The notes under the pieces are model-generated. The model saw nothing but the letters and a program-made list of their open reading frames with translations. It did no database searches and was not told the origin of the DNA. A DNA stretch of 64,000 bases from Podarcis vaucheri (taxonomy: Eukaryota), in NCBI GenBank assembly GCA_965113315.1, contig OZ220371.1. One strand, 5' to 3'. The translations under genes and the position numbers were made by a program. Below are positions 50,820-64,000 of this stretch, piece by piece. Positions within the stretch are counted from its first letter, which is position 1, and each line of letters begins with the position of its first letter.

Positions 50820-52363
50820 TACTTTATGCATTATTCATTCTCTTATATTTACAAGTGTGTCTGTCTGTGTGCATTTACACAAGCACAAACATAGTGTTGC
50901 ATATGTATGCAGTTATATTTCTTACACACAAACACACACAAAGAAAACCTAACCTTGCTATGTACAAGGCACACTACACTTAAAGTTAACAACCTTCAGG
51001 GTGTCCATTCACCGTAAAACTAATTTCACACCTAGTCTATTATGTAATGTGGTATGAAAATAGTTCTTTGCTTCAAGATATCATTATATGACTTTGGGTC
51101 ACACTGATTTAGTTGTGTTTAGTGAAATGCAGAATATTCAGGCAAACTTGTAATAGTGATGTGTACTATACTTTCATAACATGACTCATTTTTTCTGATG
51201 CTTTTTTTTTTTACAACGAATAGGTACACATGAAATACTGATTCATTAGGATCAAGCAGGAATAGCAGCATACATTATGTGCATCTTTTGTTGGATGATA
51301 CACAGATGGATTCAGACTATTATTCCAACATGGGTCTCTCCCCCCCACCCCCAGAATTACAACACATAGGGATCTATAGGGAAGTCATCTGAAAGATCCA
51401 TCATAATTTCTCTTATGGAGCTCACAGCTGTTTTGGACATTGACAATAATTCATAAAACTCAATTAAAATGAAGAAACAGTATGCCCAGTTAAGAATAGG
51501 ATGCTGTTCTGTTTTCTAATTAACTTACAAATCTTTCTGGGTATTCAAAGCTAGGTGCATTTATAAAAAAAGATTATGGCCAATGCTGTTGGTTATTGGC
51601 CAGAATGATTGTGTGTGTGTGTGTGTTCGTGTGTGTGTGTGTAAATTTCCCTAGGTTTTAGCTGCACTGGAAGTCTCCTGTACTTCTAAATCATTTTTCA
51701 ACAGCCTGCAAATTGATTTGCTTCTAAGCTTATTGTATACTGGAAACCATGCATGCCTTTTGATCTGTGGCAAGATTAAATACAGAGTATGCATTGTGGA
51801 AAAAACCTCTATCAGAGAGGAGGCGATTTAAAGAGGTATGAAAAAACAGAGAAATGCACTTAGTTTTCTTTTAAAAGATGAAATAGCTAAAATAAATGTG
51901 CATTGTTTCATGTCATTTAAACCTAGGAAGTGAATATAATTTTTTATTCATATTTTTGTCTATAGCATGCTATGTATCTAAAATCAGTACTCTGTAAGCA
52001 ACTAGAGAGCACGCATTACCATCAACGTTCCTGATGATTAACATTCTACATATGATTAACAAATGATTATCATTCTGCAAGTTATTTTGTTATTTGGGAA
52101 CAGCTCAACAGCAATCTCTACCCACAAAGCTTTCAATCACATCCATTGTTTTAGTTACTCTCCAATCTGCATAAACTCTTTTAAGGTCATTGGCAGAAGA
52201 AGAAAAGTGAAGAGTTTCTACAACTAAATGTAAAGGCTAGAAAATAAACATGTCAAGGTCATGATCCATCCCTTGATGATAGAGTGCATAGAGATCATTT
52301 GGCCCTCTTAGTTCCCACTCCATGCCTAGCACACTGACACTAGTAAAGAGTTTATTGACTATA

Positions 52364-52694
52364 GGTGCTGTGATCTAAACCTCTGAACCTTTTGGGCTTG
52401 CTGATCAGAAGGTTGGCAGTTCGAATCCCAGCTTCTGCCAACCTAGCAGTTCGAAAGCACATCAGTGCAAGCAGATAAATAGGTGGGGGGAATGTAAATG
52501 GCATTTCCATGTGTTCTGGCTTCTGTCATGGTGTTCCATTGCACCAGAAGCAGTTTAGTCATGCTGCCTACATGATCTGGAAAGCTGTATGTGGACAAAC
52601 GCCAGCGCCCTCTGCCTGAAGTGAGTTGAGCGCCGCACCCCATAGTTGCCTTTGACAGGACATAACCATCCAGGGGTCCTTTACCTTTACCTTA
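52364..52694 (+). mobile_element. Sauria SINE, diverged
   Basis: GTTCGAATCCC B-box, body colinear with other copies apart from a deletion, (ACCTTT)n tail. Confidence 0.85.
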
Positions 52695-53168
52695 CTAGTA
52701 GTATTAAAAGTTTTAAACTTGCTTTTCAGTCCAAAGGTTCCAAGGATGGTATGCAACATTCCAATAATATAACACATCAAAAGATTACCGTTAAAAGATC
52801 ACCCATCTGAAATTGGATAGTTTTACCTAGAGATTATAGTCTATTTCTCCATAGACACCAGCAATTCATCTCAACAAATGCTTCATGCATATAGACACAA
52901 TATATATCAATCTCTAGCCAGTCTGACTGCCTCCTTCAGGACCCTGACATAAGTTACATGCTGTACTTGTAGGATGATGGATCAATCTCCCATGCATCGT
53001 TTGATTCCAGCCTTACCCAGCACGGTCAATGGTGAGAGATAATGGGATTTGTTGTTCAGAAACATCTGGAAGGCCACAAGTTCTCCATAACCCTACTAAG
53101 GAATCTGTTTTGAATTTACTATATTTATGCCCTGTGATCCTTTAAAACAATAGCAACATAATATTGGA

Positions 53169-53366
53169 CAGTGGTACCTCGGGTTAAGTACTTAATTTGT
53201 TCTGGAGGTCTGTTCTTAACCTGAAGCACCACTTTAGCTAATGGGGCCTCCTGCTGCCACAGCACAATTTCTGTTCTCATCCTGAAGCAAAGTTCTTAAC
53301 ATGAAGCACTATTTCTGGATTAGTGGAGTATGTAACCTGAAGTGTATGTAACCTGAGGTACCACTG
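53169..53366. mobile_element. Tigger-like MITE, internally shortened
   Basis: CAGTGGTACCTC...GAGGTACCACTG-TA. Confidence 0.88.
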
Positions 53367-55074
53367 TACACTCCAACCATTTTAAAGCAGAAGGATTAAA
53401 GCAAATGAAGTATTTTTAAAAAACAAATAAAAAATGAAGGCAAATTAGAGCACTACAAAAATGAAAGTTCTGAAAATGAAAGCTCACTGTTGCTTTCACT
53501 ATTGGAAGTTCAATATCTCCTGTACTACAGAAGGCATTCTTTCATTTTAGACTGTGATTACCACCCACCTGTGGGAGACAAAGAGGGAAAGCTGCATTGA
53601 TAGTCCGATTTTCCCTTGGCTGTGGTTGAGCAGCTTCTTAGGATCATAGCCTGGAATTCTATAAATATGAAAATGGAGAGAACTGCGCAGTTGACTCAAG
53701 ATCTCTTAACTAGCACATATAGGTGCTGATCCTCATTTTTCTCCTCTTCCTTCCCTCTGGTGATATACATTTCCCCTGTAGAGCTGGAGCACCTTGATTT
53801 CCAAATATGTGAAGATGATGCACCTGGAAAACTTTTTTTTTTGTCCATTGTGTAAGACAAAGGTGCCACAAACCTATTGACAAAAAGATTCTCTCTCTCT
53901 CAGCGCATTTCAGATTTGGAAGGAAGTCAGCAGTGAAAAAGAAAGAGAGTGAGTAGGCAAACAAAAAATGACAATAAATGACTTGGCTGATCAATGGCAC
54001 TTCATCAAGTATCCATGATATGGATAGCACATAAAACATGGCCATGTCCACACTCGTATTTACTTTGCATCCAGTGCACTCCCACCACTGGTTTGAACAG
54101 TGGTGTACACATGACGTTAACCACAATACCCATCTCTCCTGTTGTTTCTTACACAATACTGTGTTGAAATGCATTTTCCCCAGAAACAAGCTTCAATTCA
54201 AGTAAAGAAGAAGATCTGAGCTACTTTTTAATCAGGTAATGTGTACACAGCTAAAGAGAAGAAGTCAGGCCCTCAGGAACCAACTAAGCAGGAAAATCAG
54301 TAGACTTGGGATAAGGGGCAATGGCTAGGGATCCCGGAGTGAGAAACATAATGCTCCCTATCTTAGACAAATAGCATTTTAAGGCACTACTGGTATGAAG
54401 GAACAGTGCCTTTTCTTTCTCTTAAAGTTATTTTGAAGCACTTGCAAATATTCTGTTTTGAACTGACTTTCTTTCCCTCCTTCCTTTTCTTTAAAAAGTT
54501 AGATTTCACAATAATCCTTAAAAACCATGCTCCAGGTTGATTTTATCACTTGTCCTGTAGCAATGTTTCAAAACGAAAGGGGGGAAATCGCAAGGGCTAC
54601 ATTATACCAGTAGAATTCATCAAAATCAAACCCAAAGTTATCTTGGCACTGTCTTCTGACCTTCAGCATAGCTTTGTACCTATTACTGGGAAGAAGGGGA
54701 TGAGGAATTCACAAGCAGATGATAATGACTAGAGAAGAAAGCCCAGAGGAAACCTGGATCTGTGACTTGCCAGTCACACTGGGAACCCCTCCTGGCAAAT
54801 GAAACCACTTTTGACTACATAAACAGGGTCCTTTGCTTTGTCCTCTGTGAAAACTAGAAGAACACTCCTAGGTAACCGTTTCATTATAACCTTCCCTCCA
54901 CCGGTCATTTGAATTCACACATGTCTGAAACTCAGAGGCAGGCAGTAGTAAATTGAATTCATAACTAGGCTGGTTGTATATTTTCCTAACTGTAGCCTTA
55001 AGTTACAGAACCCCTTGACAGCAGCAGAATAGCCCTTAAAAACTTTAGAGATGTAGAAGGAAATGCCACTTAAA

Positions 55075-55075
<1 letters not shown>

Positions 55076-55122
<47 letters not shown>
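55076..55122. repeat. (TG)n microsatellite
   Basis: Directly visible. Confidence 0.95.
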
Positions 55123-55124
<2 letters not shown>

Positions 55125-58100
55125 ATGCACACACAGTATTTTTACTCCTGCGATTGTATTGCAAACGTTCTGTTTTCCAAATGTGGGTGATCCCTTTTTT
55201 TAAAAAAAGAGTATTGTTAGAATTGGTGGGCCTCCACATGTTGCTGAGCTACAGTTTCTATTAATCCTTACCAATGGCCACGCTGGCTGGGGATGATAGG
55301 ACTTTCAAGGAGCTGCTTTTGGATGGATGGAGAAGTCTTAGGTCTGTGCCATAAAGCATGTGACCCATGTGGAAATCCCATACCTTATAAGATTTTCCAT
55401 ATGAACCTGGACAGGTTTAAATGCCCCATGTGATGGTCAAGTAAAGTGCAATGTAAACCTTGGTGCTTTTACTACAATCAAGCAACATGTGCATTTTGCT
55501 TAATAAATGTTTTCAATGCACCAAGCGATTAACAACATAACCTCCGGGTCACACATGCAAGCACTGCCCCCTCCCAATCCCCATCTGCCACCTGCTATGT
55601 CTCCAACCTTCCTGGTGTTAAGCAGGGAAGGTCTCCAGGAGGGCGTTGCTCACATTTGCTTAAAGATACAGAGAATCCTCCACACAACTGGGACCACTGC
55701 TCTAACATGTGAGCAAATGGCCCCTGGAGACCACCTCTATTCAATATAGGGAAGGTCAGGGACTAAGTGTGGGGCGATGTGCACAAGGAATTTGAGGCCA
55801 GATTAGCATGTTAAAGTTATAAGTTTAATGTGTTTGAATGCATTTTATTTAGAACGCTGAAAAGAAAAAATTACTTTAAGCGAGAGGTTCCACTCTGGGT
55901 GAAAGCGGAAGACTGATATTTTCCTATTTCAGTGGACTAAACTACCCAATGACTCATTGCTCCGAAACAGAGCTGCAGCTCTCACAGCAGGAAAGGAAAC
56001 TTAAGAAGTCAGAGATGGCTAGCAGCAGCAGCACAGAAGCTCTGCAATGATGAACAAGCTTAGGATCTCACTCTGGAAGCAGAGTGCACTGAACTGCATA
56101 AAAGACTTAAAGAACTGAACACTATTGCTTGTTTGCAATGTGTTATTTTGCTATTTTGTTCTTAGTAATGTTTATATGTAACTAGTTTTAAGACTGTTCT
56201 CCAGTAAAGCTTTGAAACTCATTCTTGGAGTGGAAAGCTCATTTTACAAGGTCCAGGATCAGGGATTCTATGAAACAACTCTAATATTGCTTGCATTGTC
56301 TCCTGTCCCATCTATACAGTGTTCAGACAAACACCTTAATGTTAGCATACAAATGGGCCAGTAGCTATAGTAACATATAGCAACATACTACTTTTATTTG
56401 TTTTACTTTAGTCCACTATAAACATATGGATAATATGTTCTATGTGCTTTCTAGACTGGTAATTGACTGTAACAAGAAAAGAAAGATTGATTTAATTTTG
56501 ATAACATATAGCAACATGATCATGTATGCATGGAAAGCTTACTTCGTACAGGGTTTCCCCCAATCCTATATCCAGGGCTGGTCTGAACATCTGGCACACA
56601 CGTGCAGAATTTCTCTACACAGGTGTGGGGGCAGTGCCACAGGGTGGGCAAAATGCCTTTGGAAGATTAGAAGTGAGCCAATGGTTGGGTAAGGCAAAAT
56701 GACAGGTCTAATGGTTACAGTTTACAGGGTGGCCAAGGGTTGTATTTTACCCTCCATTTTAAAAGGCAAGCCAGTGCAGTGAAGATTGGTGATGCTTGCT
56801 TGGGTAATGGTGCACAGCAATACACCTGAGAAGGAATAACACCATGTGATCACATAGCAGGGTCATGTAGCATTGTTCCTTCTCGGGTGATTTGTGGACT
56901 CCATTTTTAATGCACATCTCTGTGGAAATGGACACTTTGCTGCCAGTAGAGTGGCATGTTTTGCCCCTTAAGATAGGGAGGGGCCATAATCCTCAACCAC
57001 CCCCTAAATCATAAGGAATAAAGATTACAAACATAGACACACAGAGAGAAGTAATTTAACTTCCATCCCACATATCCTGAAAGTTACACTCACATACCTT
57101 CACATAGGAATAAAGATCTGGTGAAGGTAAATCTTTGGATGGCCCTTTCCTGAAGGCTCACAATTGGTTTTCTGTGGCCATTCAATGTGTGTGTGTATAC
57201 AGTCTGTTTTTGACATAGTTGTTTCAACTGTGTAACTAGATAGTTCGCTTCAACTACAATTCTTGCAAAAAATAATAATAAAAGCCACTTTGAAATGAAA
57301 CAGAAATTCACCCAAAGTGTTTCATATATTTTGTACTTTTTATGAATGTAATTTTATTGTTGAGTTTATGCTGTGCACCACCATGCTTTTTATTTTAGTA
57401 TTGGTGATATAGAATTGTTTGCAAATAAATAATAATAGTACTCTTGCATACAATGTACTGACTGAGTTGTGCCATTGATCCATAACTGGAATATAAATAT
57501 GGCCTTCAAGAAAAATATTTTCCCATGCCCACACTTTACTTTGTGATATTATGATCACAGAGTATGTAGACAAAAGAATGAAAATGAATGGTGCTGATGA
57601 GGAATGACAGATATTTACAATATTTAGAGATGTGGAAAATGGAATTTCATAGTTTGCTGAATACTGTCTGAGGCTTTCAAGTCGCTTTTGTAATTTTTTA
57701 CTCAGATTGATGCATCTTTTGTATTTGATTTGCTTTGTTGCCATGTATTTGCCTGTCAATTGAAAATGTTTCCTATTTACATATTTTAAATTTATCCCTA
57801 ATGATACTGGAGTTGTTGCAGTATTTAATTTCTGAAACTAGAATTGTGCCTAAACATCCAACTTGAACACTCCTTTTGCTCAATTTCTCAATTTCCTCAG
57901 CAGTTCAGGTGCCTTTAGGAAGCAGAAGAGTGCTTTTTTCCCCTCTTCCTCCATAGATGGTTATATGAAATCTCTATATTTCTAGCTGGGGAGCAATGGC
58001 AAATGTTCATGCCCTGGTTGTGGGTTTCATAGAAGCATCTTGGGAAAATATCCTTGACTAGATTACATTTGCGGAAATCCAACAGGGCTGAACAGCTTCA

Positions 58101-60339
58101 GCAGAAAACCAGGTCTACTTATGGAGACTCCCCATGTAATATGGAATCTCAGTTCTAAAACATTTGGATTCTAAAATGGTTGCTTTTGCTTTAGAAGGTA
58201 CTCTTTCTTAGGAGAGTCAGAAGGTCACAGAACAGCTAGAAGTACAGGGGGACATACATGGGAGTTGTACAAGGGGATATGGGCACAGTAGGGTCAAAGA
58301 GTCACCTGAGGGCAATTAAGGACAAATAAGCTAAACCAAGACTTTCCTGTTCTCCTGATTGGAAGACATGGTATGTAAGTCAAGCTAGAAAATGGGGGTA
58401 ATCAAAAGCCAGAAAGTTATGTAGTTCAGAAACTTGACAGAAGAGGGAGAAAGGGCTGAGACCATTTAAGAAAGCCTACTTGGATGCTTCAAGAGAAAGG
58501 AACCCAGAAGCTGAACTGAGAGGTGCAAGTTGAAAAGTATTGGCTTCATTAGGAAAATAATCTTGAATAGGTATAACTGTCTCTAATGTGTAACCCCTGA
58601 AACTCCAAATTTAACTCTTTTCTGCAATAATTTTCTTGGATAAAAGCCCCTTAATTCCTTAAGTATAAACCTAATTTTTGGGAGGGCTTGAATTCATCTG
58701 ATGCCTTGTTATTCATGCTTAACTATTAGGCTAGTTAAAGGATTGCTTAATGGAGGCAGATAAATAAAAAATAGTTATCTACTTGGTGGCAGCAATGGGG
58801 CTAGGAGGAATGGGTGGGGTGGGGCTTTCTTGGATGGTTTGCTTGTCTCCCTTCCCTCACAGTGAAGGTTTACTGTGTGCTGTCATAGTGAGATCAAAGG
58901 TTTTGGGTAGGAGTCTCTGCACATCTCTAATTACTTTAGTTGAGTAATTGCTATGCCATCTATGGACATTTCCATCCCCCTTCCATATATGAGCTCAGCC
59001 ACAGAATGGTAGGAGTGTCTCTTTCTATAGAAGAGAACTGTTTTCTGTTTTGAAGAAAGGAAGGGATGAAATGAGAATCTAGTCTCTCATATATATATAT
59101 ATATATATGCTTCTTCCAAATCTTATTGACATTCTGTCACTGAGAACTAAGGATTTTGCAACGAAGGAAGCTCCATAGAGTGGGGATATTGTCTTTTTTG
59201 GCATCAATGGAGATCTGACTTTCACTTCTTTTCATTTTATTTTTATAAATGTTTATTTACTATACGGGTGGTGAAGCAGGGGGAAATGAAGCAAATGTGA
59301 TTCATGGATCATATCTTAAGGTTTTCCCTTTGTGTCTTTGAAAGTTGCATCCACAGAGATGCATAATGGACACCTTTAAGACAAAAAGACTGAAAGTTCT
59401 GAGGGAGAAAACTTTAAATTGTTTTGGAATAGGCGATCCTGTCTTTCTTAACTACCATCTTGAGAAACTCTGAATGGGACAAGTGGCCTCCTGCTGCTGA
59501 GTGCAGCCAATCTATAAGATACCACCTGCTGAGCTTGCAATCAAACTGACACAAAACCTGTAATTTCCACAACAAAGGGAAGAGGTTCAAAATTACTTCT
59601 GTTTCTTAAAGAAACCACATAGCTTCCAAAAGTTGCATTAAGCAAAACTCTTATGGAAGCCGATCCTAAACATTTGCACTGGTGTACTACAACATCTGCA
59701 ACACAACTTTTCAATCTTGATTCGATCTTCCTGTGGTTCAGTAATCGCCACACCATATTCTCATTTATTTCAAAATTGTAAGCGACCATGTTGGTTTATT
59801 AGGGACAAAAATCCTTATGATACAGAAGGGTAATATCTTGAATAAAACCTCAGAACATGCCAAGGGGAACTTCCAGACAACCGGTTTATTGAGTATCTAT
59901 CTTGATATGCTTGTACAAAGCTTAAATGGTGGTTAGATTGTGTGCATTATTTTTTGAGTATTCATTCTTATGTTTACAGGTGGTTGTACAGCAATGAACA
60001 TTCCTCCTGCATTCATACCGATTTGCTTGTGTGATGTTGACATGTCCTCCCATTAATCATTCATCCCTCCTACAGTTCTCAGTACATTTCCCAATCACTT
60101 TCCTAACTGCAAAAAAGCATCTGTGTGTTTTTAGGTAAATTTGTTGCACTAGAACACAACACTTTATGTTTTCACACAGAAACTGAATTAAAGTTCTGGT
60201 ATGTGTTTGAATCACTCCTGTGCAATGACAACAGTCTGGAGGCACCCAAAGTCAGAGCCATACCAAGACATTTTGACACCCGAGGTGAACCACAGAAGGT
60301 ACCCAGCCTCCCCACCAGGAAAGTAGGGATATGTGAATG

Positions 60340-61346
60340 GAGGCATATAATTTGGACAAGTCAAAATTAGAAACAGAACTGTTAGAACCCAAAAATAAGA
60401 ATCTGTCAAGAATGTATAACTTGCTGTTGAAATGGAATACTCAGGATGAAACGGTGAAATCCGCTATGATTAAATGGGCACAAGATGTTGGACATAATAT
60501 TATGTTTGCTGACTGGGAACAGTTATGGACCACAGGTATGAAGTTTATGGCATGTAATGCCTTACAAGAGAATCTAATGAAAATGATTTACAGGTGGTAC
60601 ATGACCCCAGTCAAGCTTGCAAAAATCTATCATTTGCCCGATAACAAATGTTGGAAATGTAAAGAAACGGAAGGTACATTCTTTCACCTTTGGTGGACAT
60701 GCCCAAAGATTAAGGCTTTCTGGGAAATGATATATAATGAACTGAAAAAGGTATTTAAATATACCTTCCTGAAGAAACCAGAGGCCTTTCTCCTGGGCAT
60801 TGTCAGCCAATTGGTGCCAAAGAAGGACAGAACTTTTTTATGTATGCTACAACAGCAGCAAGAATACTCATTGCAAAGTATTGGAAGACACAAGATTTAC
60901 CCACTCTGGAAGAATGGCAGATGAAGGTGATCGACTACATGGAATTGGCAGAAATGACTGGCAGAATCCGAGACCAGGGAGAAGAGATGGTGAAAGAAGA
61001 CTGGAAGAAATTTAAAGACTATTTACAGAAATATTGTAAAATTAATGAATGCTAGAAGGATGTTGGATAGAAACTAAGGGGTTTCCAGCTGTAATACTTT
61101 AGGAGATACGAGAAAAAAAAAAGGTTTACAAATGGGTAAAAGCTTAATGGTAAGGATTTGCTGAACTAAAATTGAAGTGGAATACAAAGAAGGGAGGTAT
61201 GAGGAGGTCTGGGGAAATAAATGTAAGGAAGATATGTTATGGAAAATTATTTGTTTTTTAAATGTTTTTATGTTGTATTTTGTTTTTATTTTTCATTTTC
61301 ATTGTTATGTTTTAAAAACTTTAATAAATGTATTTTTTTAAAAAAA
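60340..61346 (+). mobile_element. 5'-truncated LINE-1-clade element (ORF2 C-terminus, 3' UTR, A-rich tail)
   Basis: CCHC zinc-binding motif CWKC-x8-HLWWTCPKI, YRWYMTP and, after a frameshift at about 60838, AARILIAKYWK...EEW. AATAAA at about 61323, followed by an A-run. Confidence 0.88.
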
Positions 61347-63025
61347 GAATATCTACATCAGGGACAAGTGGCAAATAGAGGTCTACATCAAGACCTACTG
61401 CCCCTGTGGATCCTGCCACCTGAGGCAGCCTCATGGGTGGGCAAAACCTGCCCAAAGTGGTGAACATTCTGTGGAGTTCTCCAAAACACCTCTTCAGGCT
61501 GATGCACTTCAGGCTAATGATGCACTTTAAACAGTAGTTGTTGATTGCTTACAGTCATGTCCAGCTCACCTCCACCCCAATTTATTCAAAGATAGAACAA
61601 TCTGAAGATTAAAAGGTACATTTTCTTCCAGGTGTCACTACACAAAGGAGAAATGTTCACAGAACCAAATTAATGTGGTTTTTTTAAAAAAAATAAAAGA
61701 ATAGTAACTTCTTTTATCATGCAGTTTTTTATAAAAATTGCATGAGAACTAATGGTGAAAAATATTGCATTCCTCCTGACCTGAGTGATGCCATTCCTGA
61801 AATTGCAAATCTAATCAGAGGAGTCACACATAAGCACAAACACACATGCTTGTGATCCTGCTATAAGGAAGTCTGCAAACCAGATTGCCATTGTCCCAGA
61901 AATCTGAAGGAAGAAGTAATCAGACCCACATTTCCTAGTGCTTTGAGTATTACGAAAAGGAGAAAAGAAGCAGCACATCAATTTGCAAGGAAAATGATAC
62001 CAGTTCAGAGGTCACAACTTTTTCTTTAAAAGCACTGTGTATAAATAATTTCCAGACATTATAATCAACTGTCAGTCATTATGTCAACATATACTGTAGA
62101 ATTCATCTACAAATAAAGTCATTAAGACATGATAGTCCCTGTAAATCTATAGAGAATGCTAATGTTATTGGTAGATCTTATTTCAGGCATCTGAAACCTA
62201 TGCAATGTAACATTTATTTTTCACCTCCTTCCCCCCCCCCCCGTCTTTATTCCCTCTACTGCTGGTTTTTTTTTCCCAAAAGAAGAAGAAATTTTCCTCA
62301 GTGCTCTTTCTTACATCTAGTGCAATTAACCTATTCACAGCTAGTTCAGAAGCCCAAAAAATCTTAACTCCTTTGTGCCTCTCACCCTACAAAGCTGCTG
62401 CACACACCCAAAAATAGCAATTTATTGGCATTTGGGGAAACTGTATGGTAATTTTAACTTTTATTTTATTTTATTTTATTTAAAGAGTCTCTCTTTAAAA
62501 TTGTCTCCTAGTCATTTCCACCACCTGAGATTCCACAGATAGCATCATGTTCAGGATGACCCCTAAGCTCTGATCTTCGATTTTCAGAGGGAGTACAACA
62601 CTATTCAGAACCAGTTGAATTCTTCAATCTGGAACAGATGGCCTTCACTCCCACATTTTGCCTGGATTATATTTTAATTTGTTTGCCCTTATCAATGTCA
62701 AACTGCCTCCAGACTCCTGTTCAAGAGTTACACAGCCTCCCCAGAAACAAAAGGTGGCTGCAACCTGCTTCATTCTGCCTGATTTCTAAAACTAATTTCA
62801 GAACTTGTACAGACACATTTTTCCTATCATTCCTAATCAACACTTTTCCCTTATAGGTTACCAATGTGACCAAGTGTCTATGCATTGATTAAAGAAGCAT
62901 GCAAACAAGGAAACTCGAGGCAGTTGCATAATGGTATCAGGATTTCTCTTTGCACTGCTGTTTAAGCAATAAGTGCATTTGTGACTAGAAAGGAATTATG
63001 ATGTGGTGGTATACAATTGCATCAT

Positions 63026-63105
63026 GATTCCTTGATTAAATCAAGATTCCACTGATTAAATCAAGATTCCACTGATTAAATCAAGATTCCACTGATTAAA
63101 TCAGT
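63026..63105. repeat. 20-bp tandem repeat, ~4 units, with a palindromic core
   Basis: GATTCCACTGATTAAATCAA repeated. Confidence 0.92.
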
Positions 63106-63269
63106 GCACAGATATGCTGATGCACAATTGGTGCCATGCAAGAAAAAGTGTGAATGGTAAACTGTGGCAAGTAGTGATTCCAATGAAGTTGATATGGAGT
63201 GTAGCTCAGGTGTGGGACCTTTGGTCTCTTTCCTGCACCCAGCTCTAACCTATGGCTCCTAAAAACTGT

Positions 63270-63859
63270 CAGCATGCAACAGTGGCCACACCCCAGGAAT
63301 GGCTTTGACTGGCTGGCTAAACCAGGTGAGGGTAGCTAATGGGTCTCAAACCCCCAATGAGTTAGGGACATCCCATGCATGCAAAGATGGGCTCCAGCTG
63401 ATTGAGTGAACAAGACCAATAGTGGGCCCAATGGTCAAGAAGGCTGTTTCTGCCCATACTGTAGAGGGAAGTGAGGTGCAGATGGAGCTTGTCAACCTGG
63501 AAAGGTATCTCATCTAGGAGAAGGAAACCTCTGGTCCTAAACCTCTGCTGCCTTGTAGGATATCTTTGGAAGAATACAATGCTAAGGGTTAAGCCCTGCA
63601 CAAATCCAGAGTGGAGCTCCTAAAATGGTTGGATGGGACCTTCTGGCAACTCCTGCAGTCAAGCTGGTGTCAAACATATTGCTCTGCTTTCTTTTGCACT
63701 GCATCAGCAATGCCCAAAGGGGTGTGTGGTAATCTGGGCAGCCCAGGACCTCCGTAAACACTGTCTAGGCTTGGCCCTGGGAGGTCACTTTGCTGTTGTT
63801 AACACAGCTGTTGTTGACTTTACCCCCTCAGGGGACGCATTTCATTGTCTCTCAAGACA

Positions 63860-63891
<32 letters not shown>
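63270..63891 (+). mobile_element. Probable RTE-related non-autonomous interspersed repeat ending in (CA)n
   Basis: GC-richer block containing CATCTAGGAGAAGGAAACCTCTG..CTAAACCTCTGCTGCCTTG, which I recall from RTE-clade 5' regions. Terminal (CA)n at 63862-63891. Confidence 0.4.
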
Positions 63892-63893
<2 letters not shown>

Positions 63894-64000
63894 TGCATCA
63901 GTTCTCATCCACAAATAAATTCTTGGGAGAACTTCAGATAATGACTATTTCACAGACATCTCAAAGAAGCATAAAAGAACACTTTTGCTGAATTATACCA

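Noticed and set aside
55809-56275. Possible exon (TTTCAG acceptor at about 55932, 38 open codons) or old solo LTR
   Set aside because: The peptide is unrecognised and no TSD was found for candidate TG...CA ends, so neither call can be supported.
53710-57759. ORFs of 159 aa (53710-54189) and 139 aa (57340-57759) on the minus strand
   Set aside because: They have non-ATG starts, a composition typical of random AT-rich sequence, and no motifs or splice support.

Overview
Vertebrate genomic DNA, almost certainly from a lacertid lizard (inferred from the Sauria SINEs, the Squam3-type SINEs with a (CTT)n tail, and the CR1/L2/L1/Penelope fragments). The window is AT-rich and intron-like or intergenic, with no intact multi-exon protein-coding gene. 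It contains many Tc1/mariner (pogo/Tigger-like) MITEs with TA target-site duplications (TSDs), hAT MITEs, SINEs, truncated LINEs, a solo LTR, microsatellites, a decayed intronless perilipin (PLIN) retrocopy at about 46.8-47.5 kb (minus strand) and one candidate 33-nt microexon. The ~570-670 aa six-frame ORFs at 48.7-50.7 kb are artefacts of a stop-free 60-bp minisatellite. The most unusual structure is at 45.7-50.8 kb: two inverted copies of one Tigger-like MITE family, each carrying a different amplified GC-rich minisatellite plus long palindromes, bracket the PLIN retrocopy. Also notable is a triple nested insertion (MITE + L2 + solo LTR with an open frame) at 6.5-9.2 kb. I see no convincing evidence of a new protein-coding system. 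Family assignments come from pattern recognition, not database searches.
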